DNA of 35,076 nt, taken from NCBI GenBank assembly GCA_964445185.1, contig CAYUKE010000001.1, forward strand, positions 1 to 35,076, read 5' to 3'. This document shows, one piece after another, positions 27,002-33,597 of the stretch (positions within the stretch are counted from its first letter, which is position 1; the number at the start of each line of letters is the position of its first letter). The translations under genes and the position numbers were made by a program. Under the pieces are notes generated by a model, which did no database searches, was not told the DNA's origin, and saw nothing but the letters and a program-made list of their open reading frames with translations. The stretch is from an uncultured Geminicoccaceae bacterium. GTDB taxonomy: Bacteria > Pseudomonadota > Alphaproteobacteria > Geminicoccales > Geminicoccaceae.

Positions 27002-27800
27002 GGCCGGCCGAGCCTGTGTAGAGTTCGTCCAGACGCGGGCGTTTTAGGCTACCGACCGGCGCGTCGACCGCGATGTGACCGCCCTTCAAGCCGACGATTC
27101 GATCGGCATGCGCGAAGGCGTGGTCGAGCTGGTGGGTGGTGAAGACGAACGTCATGCCGGTGTTCCGCATCAGCGCTCCGAAGACATCCATCACCTCGGC
27201 CGCTGCCGCCGGGTCGAGGCTTGCCACGGGCTCGTCGGCGAAGACGACGCGCGGTCGCTGCATCAGCGCACGGGCAATCGCGACACGCTGGCTCTGGCCG
27301 CCCGAAAGCTGGTCCGCCCGGCGCCCGGCGAGGCCCGTAAGGCCGACACGATCCAGGCAATCCAGCGCCTCGTCGCGCCAGGCGTGGGGCGCGATCGCCT
27401 GAAACCACGCCAAGGGTCCCGAAGCGCGCGCTTGGACCCCGTGCAGTACGTTGTCGAGGACGGAGAGCCGGCGCACCAGGTTGTGGCGTTGGAAGACGAA
27501 GCCGACCCGTGCGCGCGCGCGGCGAAGAGCGCTGCGGTGGAGCGCGTGCAGAGGTTCTCCGAGCAAGTCGATCGACCCGGTATCCGGAGCGACCAACCGC
27601 AGGCAGCAACGCAGGAGCGTCGATTTGCCGGCGCCGTTGGCGCCGAGCAACGCCACCGACTCGCCGCGCGCCACGTCGAGATCGACGCCAGCGAGGATGA
27701 CCGCGCGACCGTAGGCCTTGCGCAGGCCACGGACGCTGAGATCGAGCGGCGCGGCGGCCGGCCCCGGTGCGTCAACGAGCCGGGCGGGCTCAGTCGCCAA
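26994..27800 (-). CDS. phnC: phosphonate ABC transporter ATP-binding protein
   Basis: It carries Walker A GANGAGKST, the signature LSGGQSQRVAIARAL, and Walker B VVFADEPVASLD. The start appears to be a TTG at 27800, overlapping the phnD stop by 11 nt. There is no in-frame ATG or GTG before the conserved 'LSVRGLRKAYG'. Confidence 0.88.
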   Translation of the reverse strand: MATEPARLVDAPGPAAAPLDLSVRGLRKAYGRAVILAGVDLDVARGESVALLGANGAGKSTLLRCCLRLVAPDTGSIDLLGEPLHALHRSALRRARARVGFVFQRHNLVRRLSVLDNVLHGVQARASGPLAWFQAIAPHAWRDEALDCLDRVGLTGLAGRRADQLSGGQSQRVAIARALMQRPRVVFADEPVASLDPAAAAEVMDVFGALMRNTGMTFVFTTHQLDHAFAHADRIVGLKGGHIAVDAPVGSLKRPRLDELYTGSAGHG

Positions 27801-28662
27801 CGAACTCGGAGAACTGCGGATAGCCGATCGTGCGGTACATCGAGCGAACGTAGTCGTAGTCGCTGTCGGTCACGCCCGGCAGGAACCGCATGCCGACATA
27901 CTTCTGGTTCTCTTCGCCGCCGGCAAGGATGGCCTCCACGAGCACGTCCGAGTGTTCGCTGAACGCGTCGCGCCAGCTCTTCGTCAGCGCCGAATCGACG
28001 TGATCGCCAACGACCAGGACATCGTTGGGCAGGTCACCGCCGCGGACGAGAACCCGGAAGGCGCCCGGCGGCAGGGTCTCTTCGTCGCGAATGTTGAGCC
28101 ACGACCGGTAATTGGTGGCGAGCGCGGCCACATCCCCCTGCTTCATCGCCTCGTGCCCGATCGGCCGAGACGTGTGGAACGCCTCATAGCTCTCGCCGTA
28201 GACGATGCCGTAGTCGGCGAGGAGCTGCGCCGGGGCCAAATGGTTCGAGGTCGAGCCGACGTCACCGAAGGCGATGCGCTCGCCCTCGAGATCGCTGGGC
28301 AGGAGATAGTCGCTATCGGCCATCACGATCACCGCCGAGAAGTAGTCGGGGCGGGTGAACGCTACGACCGGTTCGGCGTTGGTTAGCTGGCGCATCACGA
28401 CGTACTCGGCCGGACCTGTCAGCACGAAGTCGACCTGCTCGGCGTTCAGCGCCTCGGCGGCGATGGTCCGGCTGTTCACCGGAAAGAGCTCGATCTCGTC
28501 GCCGACGATCCCCTGCAGCGCGTCGCGGAACGGGCCGAATTCGACGAGAAGCGCTTCCAGCCCCTCGATGTCCGTCACGGCGAATTTGATGGGTTCCGTC
28601 GCGGCGAGCGACGGGGCGACGACCAGGGCGGTGGCCAAGCCGAAGATCTGACGGCGCAGCAT
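27790..28662 (-). CDS. phnD: phosphonate/phosphite ABC transporter substrate-binding protein
   Basis: From the ATG at 28662 the signal peptide is MLRRQIFGLATALVVAPSLAA. PhnD-type segments follow: 'IKFAVTDIEG', 'VDFVLTGPAEYVV' and 'RIAFGDVGSTSNHLAPAQLL'. An AGGAGAA Shine-Dalgarno sequence lies upstream. The track start at 28737 falls inside the Pho box and is unlikely. Confidence 0.88.
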   Translation of the reverse strand: MLRRQIFGLATALVVAPSLAATEPIKFAVTDIEGLEALLVEFGPFRDALQGIVGDEIELFPVNSRTIAAEALNAEQVDFVLTGPAEYVVMRQLTNAEPVVAFTRPDYFSAVIVMADSDYLLPSDLEGERIAFGDVGSTSNHLAPAQLLADYGIVYGESYEAFHTSRPIGHEAMKQGDVAALATNYRSWLNIRDEETLPPGAFRVLVRGGDLPNDVLVVGDHVDSALTKSWRDAFSEHSDVLVEAILAGGEENQKYVGMRFLPGVTDSDYDYVRSMYRTIGYPQFSEFVGD

Positions 28663-28735
28663 GAGGGCGCTTCTCCTGACCAACCGTTGTTCAACAGCGT
28701 GTACGGCGATGAGGTGACGCTTCGATGACGGCACC

Positions 28736-28753
28736 ACGACAGTGTCATGACAG
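28736..28753 (-). promoter_or_regulatory. Pho box (PhoB binding site) upstream of phnD
   Basis: The minus strand reads CTGTCAT-GACA-CTGTCGT. That is 13 of 14 matches to the direct-repeat consensus CTGTCAT-N4-CTGTCAT, with the correct 11-bp periodicity. The proximal edge of the box is 74 bp upstream of the phnD ATG. Confidence 0.65.
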
Positions 28754-28818
28754 CGTGATGCAGGTGCGGCCCTTGCGCGCCGCCGCCGGGCCCTTGGCGT
28801 CGAACGGCCCAGCGTTCT

Positions 28819-29004
28819 TCAGCGAGCGTTGCGCGGGCCGACGACCAGCCAGATGATGAAGCCGATCAGCGGAAAGGCGACGAGCCCGACCGTCCACAGC
28901 GCCTTGGCCAAGGTCGATGCTTTGCTGCCGATGACGTGAAACAAGGCATACACGATCAGGACAAGGCCGATCAGACCGATCAGCCCGACTTCCAAGCCGA
29001 ACAT
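28819..29004 (-). CDS. small two-TM membrane protein (PLDc_N / cardiolipin-synthase-N-terminal-like)
   Basis: From the ATG at 29004 the product is a 61-aa protein, MFGLEVGLIGLIGLVLIVYALFHVIGS...LWTVGLVAFPLIGFIIWLVVGPR. It has two hydrophobic helices and the 'P.iG...Y...G.r' ending typical of PLDc_N mini-proteins. A GGGGA Shine-Dalgarno sequence lies 8 nt upstream. Confidence 0.55.
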   Translation of the reverse strand: MFGLEVGLIGLIGLVLIVYALFHVIGSKASTLAKALWTVGLVAFPLIGFIIWLVVGPRNAR

Positions 29005-29119
29005 GGGCGATCCCCGTTGCTGCCGGCTGCCCCTAGCCCTGAGCTGGCAAGCGAGCAAGACCTTGCGCCAAGTTTCGCCTGCCGGGCATGAGATCTGACT
29101 GATTTAAGAGGCAAACACG

Positions 29120-29869
29120 ATGGAACTCGCCGACAAGGTCGCGGTCGTTACCGGCGCGGCGTCCGGTTTCGGGCGGGCGATCGCCGAGACGTTCGTGGGT
29201 GCCGGCGCCCGCGTTGCCTGCCTGGACATCAATGCCCGGGGCGCTGAGTCGGTCGCCGCTGGTCTCGGCGAGTCGGCCCTGCCGGTTGCGTGCGACGTTG
29301 CCGACGGCTCATCGCTTCGGGCCGCGGTGCACAAGGCCCATGACGCCTTCGGCGCGCTCGATATCGTCGTCAACAACGCCGGCATCAGCCACAAGAACCA
29401 GCCGATGCTCCAGGTCGACGAGCCGAGCTTCGATCGCGTGTTCGCCGTGAACGTCAAGTCGATCTACCACATGGCGCAGGCGACGGTGCCGATCCTGCGC
29501 GATCGCGGCGGTGGCGTTGTCATCAACGTCGGCTCGACGGCCGGCATCCGACCGCGTCCGGGTCTGACTTGGTACAACGCCTCCAAGGGGGCTGTGAATT
29601 TGCTGTCGAAGTCGATGGCGGTCGAGCTCGCTCCCGACAACATCCGCGTCAACTGCATCGCCCCCGTGATCGGCGAGACGGCGCTGCTCGAAACGTTCAT
29701 GGGTGTCGCTGACACGCCCGAAAACCGTGCCAAGTTCGTCGCCACCATCCCGCTGGCGCGGCTGAGCCGGCCCGACGACATCGCCAACGCCGCCCTCTAT
29801 CTGGCATCCGACCGCGCCGCCTTCGTCACCGGTGTCGTGCTCGAGGTCGACGGCGGGCGCTGCGTCTAG
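29120..29869 (+). CDS. SDR family oxidoreductase (FabG-like)
   Basis: It carries TGAASGFGRA (TGxxxGxG), NNAG, and the catalytic YNASK. The 249-aa length fits. An AAGAGG Shine-Dalgarno sequence lies 8 nt upstream. Confidence 0.9.
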   Translation: MELADKVAVVTGAASGFGRAIAETFVGAGARVACLDINARGAESVAAGLGESALPVACDVADGSSLRAAVHKAHDAFGALDIVVNNAGISHKNQPMLQVDEPSFDRVFAVNVKSIYHMAQATVPILRDRGGGVVINVGSTAGIRPRPGLTWYNASKGAVNLLSKSMAVELAPDNIRVNCIAPVIGETALLETFMGVADTPENRAKFVATIPLARLSRPDDIANAALYLASDRAAFVTGVVLEVDGGRCV

Positions 29870-29875
29870 CAGCGT

Positions 29876-30544
29876 CTAGACGAGGAGGCCCACCGCCGCC
29901 CGCAGCGTCGCGACGACGTGGTCGGCGCCGGCAACGGCGAGCGTGCGCCGGTGCTCCGGCGCGTCGCCGCCGTGCGCCGTGACGGCGATGGTCGTCATGC
30001 CGGCTGCCTTGGCCGCGGCGACGCCGTTGACGCTGTCCTCGATGGCCACGCACCGCTCCGGGGCAACGCCGAGCGCGGCCGCGGCATGGAGAAAGATGTC
30101 CGGCGCGGGCTTGCCGTTGGGAACGAGCGCGGCGCTGTAGACGTGGGGCTCGAAGGCTTGGAGCAAGCCGATCCGCTCCAGGGACAACCGAACGCGGGCG
30201 GGCGCACTGTTGGAGGCGACGGCGAGCGGTAGGTGGCGCAGCATCGGCACGAGTTCGGCGGCACCGGGCATCGGCTCCAGCTCGCTCGCCAGCCGCTCGA
30301 TGGCGACCGCGTCGATCGCCGCCACCGTCGCCTCGACATCGACGCCGAGCCCTTGCTCCGCCGCCAAGGTGGCGACCATCTCGTCGTCGCGCCGCCCCGT
30401 GAAGCGCGTCATGAGGACGGTGTCGTCGACGACGAAGCCGCGCGCGCGCAGAGCCGCGATGGCCGCCGCACGGGCGATCGGCTCGCTGTCAACGAGCGTG
30501 CCGTCGAGGTCGAAAACGACCGCGGCTGCGGCGATCTGCGGCAT
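29876..30544 (-). CDS. HAD-IA family hydrolase (phosphatase/phosphoglycolate-phosphatase-like)
   Basis: Motif I is 'VVFDLDGTLVDSEP'. Motif II is 'LAVASNS'. Motif III/IV is 'KPAPDIFLHAA ... CVAIEDSVNGVAAAKAAGM'. A GAGG Shine-Dalgarno sequence lies 8 nt upstream. Confidence 0.85.
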   Translation of the reverse strand: MPQIAAAAVVFDLDGTLVDSEPIARAAAIAALRARGFVVDDTVLMTRFTGRRDDEMVATLAAEQGLGVDVEATVAAIDAVAIERLASELEPMPGAAELVPMLRHLPLAVASNSAPARVRLSLERIGLLQAFEPHVYSAALVPNGKPAPDIFLHAAAALGVAPERCVAIEDSVNGVAAAKAAGMTTIAVTAHGGDAPEHRRTLAVAGADHVVATLRAAVGLLV

Positions 30545-30618
30545 AACGTACCTCGTTGCTTGTCACGGTGGCGCAATAGGACGGCGCGATGTCGATCGCA
30601 TCAGGGAGGCCTCCGGCG

Positions 30619-32091
30619 ATGAACCTGCTCCTGATCACCGCCGATCAATGGCGCGCCGACGCCCTCTCTTGCCTCGGACACCCCTGCGCCAAGACCCCGA
30701 CCATGGACCGGCTGGCGGCCGAGGGCGTTCTGTTTACCCGGCACTTCAGCCAGGCGACGCCCTGCGGGCCGGCGCGGGCCTCGCTTCACACCGGGCTCTA
30801 CGCGCTGAACCACCGCTCGATCACCAACGGCACACCGCTCGACGCGCGGCACACCAGCCTCGCCCGCGAGATGCGCCGTCTGGGCTACGCGCCGGCGCTG
30901 TTTGGCTACACCGACACGAGCCCGGACCCGCGCATCCACGTGCCCGCCGACCCCCGTCTGCGCAGCTATGAGGGCTTCGATCCGGCGTGGGACGTCGTCC
31001 AGCCACTCCTGGAGGACGGCGCACCCTGGCTCGCTTGGCTGGAGCAGCAGGGCTACGGCCGCCTTGATCTCGAGGACGTCTATGGCGGTGCGCTTGGCGC
31101 GCCGGCGCCATTTGCCGCCGAGCACAGCGAGACCGCCTTCCTCGCGCGCCGCTTTCTGGCTTGGCTGAAGCGCTGCGAAGCCCCCTGGTGCGCGCACCTC
31201 TCGTTCATCAAGCCCCACCCGCCGCTGGTGGCCGCGGCACCGTACCACGCGATGATCGCGCCGGACGACGTTCCGCCCCCGTCCGGGCTCGCGGAATCGG
31301 ACGAAGTCGCGGCGCTGCACCCCTACCTCGACGTGTTGGCCCAGCGACCGCTGTCGGGGGGCTGGTGGCGGAAGCCGGAGGACCGCGACGCCGAGACCGT
31401 TCGCCGGGCGCGAGCGGTCTATTTCGGCCTGATCGCCGAGGTCGATGCGCATCTCGGCCGCATCGTTGAGGCGTTGGACCAGCGGGGCGAACTGGACGAC
31501 ACGCTGCTGATCGTCACCTCGGACCACGGCGAAATGCTGGGTGATCACGGGCTCTGGGGAAAGGCCGGGTTCTTCCCGGAGGCATTCCGCGTGCCCCTCA
31601 TCGTCCGTCTGCCCGGAGGCGCTCGCGGTTCGCGCGTGTCGGCTTTCACCGAGCATGTGGATCTGCTGCCGACGATCATCGATCTCTTCGGCGGCACGGT
31701 ACCGCTGCAGTGCGACGGCCGCAGCCTGCGCCCGTGGCTGGAGGGCGCGACGCCGGCGGGTTGGCGGACGGCCGCTCATTTCGAGCACGACTTTCGCGAT
31801 GTCGAGGAGGCGGTCTTCGAAACGGCGCTCGGCTTGCCGCCAGATCGCTGCCAGCTCGCGGTGCACCAGGGCGACACGCTGGCCTACGTTCACTTCAACG
31901 GCTTGCCGGCGCTCGCCTTCGACCTCGTTGCCGACCCCGAGCAGACAGTCGACATCGCGCGGCAACCGAGCCGTGCCGCGGCCGTGCTCGACGCCGCGCA
32001 AGCGATGCTCACCTGGCGGATGGACGCGGCCGAGCGGCGGCTGACGGGCGCCAAGCTGACGCCGTCAGGGCTCCTCGGCGAGGTCGGCTGA
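30619..32091 (+). CDS. cytoplasmic sulfatase-family enzyme, phosphonate monoester hydrolase/phosphodiesterase-like
   Basis: 'LLLITADQWRAD', the formylglycine motif C-x-P-x-R in 'ATPCGPARASLHTGLY', 'KPHPPLVAAAPYHAM' and 'LLIVTSDHGEMLGDHGLWGK' all support the call. There is no signal peptide. The ATG at 30619 has a GGGAGG Shine-Dalgarno sequence about 10 nt upstream. The track start is at 30589. Confidence 0.85.
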   Translation: MNLLLITADQWRADALSCLGHPCAKTPTMDRLAAEGVLFTRHFSQATPCGPARASLHTGLYALNHRSITNGTPLDARHTSLAREMRRLGYAPALFGYTDTSPDPRIHVPADPRLRSYEGFDPAWDVVQPLLEDGAPWLAWLEQQGYGRLDLEDVYGGALGAPAPFAAEHSETAFLARRFLAWLKRCEAPWCAHLSFIKPHPPLVAAAPYHAMIAPDDVPPPSGLAESDEVAALHPYLDVLAQRPLSGGWWRKPEDRDAETVRRARAVYFGLIAEVDAHLGRIVEALDQRGELDDTLLIVTSDHGEMLGDHGLWGKAGFFPEAFRVPLIVRLPGGARGSRVSAFTEHVDLLPTIIDLFGGTVPLQCDGRSLRPWLEGATPAGWRTAAHFEHDFRDVEEAVFETALGLPPDRCQLAVHQGDTLAYVHFNGLPALAFDLVADPEQTVDIARQPSRAAAVLDAAQAMLTWRMDAAERRLTGAKLTPSGLLGEVG

Positions 32092-33597
32092 AACCGCCTC
32101 CAGATCGCGGGCAGTGGTGAGGAAGCGGGTGGGATCGGCGATCACCCGCGGCACCTTGTGCTGGCCACCAAGACGCCCGCGCCGACGCATCCATTCGGCG
32201 CACACGCCGTGACGCAGGAGGCGGACTTCTGGCGCGCCCATGGCGACATCGCCCGCGCGGTGGACCTGATAGTCGTCATTCAGCGCGGCTAACCGTTGAT
32301 CGATGTCGCGGGCGAGCGCGTACCCATCCAATGACGCCGCGTCGGCGGCCTCGATGTAGATGCGGTGATGGCCCAGCCCGCGCTCGGGAATGAGCGGGCC
32401 GATTACGTACTCGCTAAGCGTCGTTCCGGCCGCTTCGACGGCGCCGACGATCGCCGTGTCTAGCTCGCTCTGGATCAGGTGCTCGCCGAACGCCGACAGC
32501 ATGTAGGCCGTCCGCCCGGTGATCACGAGGCGCGGCGGGCGCCGGGTGACGAAGCGGACGGTGTCGCCGATGAGATAGCTCCAGAGCCCGCTCGGCCCGG
32601 AGACGGCGATGGCATACTCGACGCCGACCTCGATCGTCTCGATCCAGTGGCGCGTCGGCGTGCGCTCTTCGAGCTCTTCCACCGGGACGAACTCAAAGAA
32701 GAGCCCCGTGTCGAAGCTGAGCAGGAGGCCGTCCTCGGGATTGCGGTCGGCGAACGCGATGAAGCCCTCGCTCGCGGGATAAACCTCGCGTGTCGCCGCG
32801 TTGGTGCGGTCGAGATATGGCCGGAAGCGCTTTGCATAGGGCGGCCAAGCCACGCCACCGTGGACGTAAAGCTCCAGCTCCGCGAGCGGCCAGCGGTCGT
32901 AGGCGGCGGCCAGGCGGTCGAACAGGATCAGAACCCAGCTCGGCACGCCGGAGAGCGCGGTGATCGTCTGCGCGGGCAGGGCGCGCGCCAGTGCATCAAG
33001 CTTTTCGTCCCAATCGCTGAGGAGCCCGAGCTTCGCCGGCGGAAAGGTGAGCGGACGCATCCAAGCCGGTGCCGTCTTGTTGACGATCCCGGAAAGATCA
33101 CCGCTCCAGATCCCAGGCGCCTCTTCGACCAGCGCGGTCGAGCCGCCGAGGACGAAGCTCCGCCCGCCGAAGAGGCGGCTGCGCGGGTGGGCGACCAGAT
33201 GCGCGGCGATCATGTCGAGCGCCGTGCGCCGGTTCTGGCGGAGCGTCGCGTGGGTCAGGGGAATGTACTTGGTCCGTCCGGTCGTGGTCCCGGACGTCAC
33301 GGCGAAGAAGGGGATACGTCCAGGCCAGGTGATGTCGTTCAGAACGGGAAAGGCGTCTCGCCAGTACGCCTGCCAGAACGCCTCGTAGTCGCGCAGGGGC
33401 ACCGCCGCCTGGTACGAGGCGACGTCGCGGACGGCGGCGAAATCGTGGGCGCGACCGAAAACCGTTCGCGCGGCTGCGGCCACCAGCGCAGCGAGAACGC
33501 GCGCTTGCGCGGCAACCGGATCCTTCGATCCGAGCGCCCGCATTCGGCGCCCCGCAAAGGGCCGAACGATCGGCGTCGGGTCGACGGTGCGCGTCAT
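32065..33597 (-). CDS. GH3-family acyl-acid amido synthetase-like (adenylate-forming) protein
   Basis: The bacterial GH3 pattern includes 'YQAAVPLRDYEAFWQAYW'. The phosphate-binding loop is 'FFAVTSGTTTGRTKYIPLT', and 'YPASEGFIAF' is also present. The protein is about 510 aa. The ATG at 33597 overlaps the upstream gene's TGA (ATGA). The 45 extra codons in the track ORF are Arg-rich and lie inside the acylase gene. Confidence 0.85.
   Translation of the reverse strand: MTRTVDPTPIVRPFAGRRMRALGSKDPVAAQARVLAALVAAAARTVFGRAHDFAAVRDVASYQAAVPLRDYEAFWQAYWRDAFPVLNDITWPGRIPFFAVTSGTTTGRTKYIPLTHATLRQNRRTALDMIAAHLVAHPRSRLFGGRSFVLGGSTALVEEAPGIWSGDLSGIVNKTAPAWMRPLTFPPAKLGLLSDWDEKLDALARALPAQTITALSGVPSWVLILFDRLAAAYDRWPLAELELYVHGGVAWPPYAKRFRPYLDRTNAATREVYPASEGFIAFADRNPEDGLLLSFDTGLFFEFVPVEELEERTPTRHWIETIEVGVEYAIAVSGPSGLWSYLIGDTVRFVTRRPPRLVITGRTAYMLSAFGEHLIQSELDTAIVGAVEAAGTTLSEYVIGPLIPERGLGHHRIYIEAADAASLDGYALARDIDQRLAALNDDYQVHRAGDVAMGAPEVRLLRHGVCAEWMRRRGRLGGQHKVPRVIADPTRFLTTARDLEAVSADLAEEP

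Noticed and set aside
30555-30580. A Pho-box-like half-site (cTTGTCAC) in the divergent HAD / sulfatase-like intergenic region.
   Set aside because: Only the first heptamer is good, at 6 of 7 matches. The second repeat at the 11-bp register (GCGCAAT) matches 3 of 7. That is too weak to call without a PWM score or experimental data.
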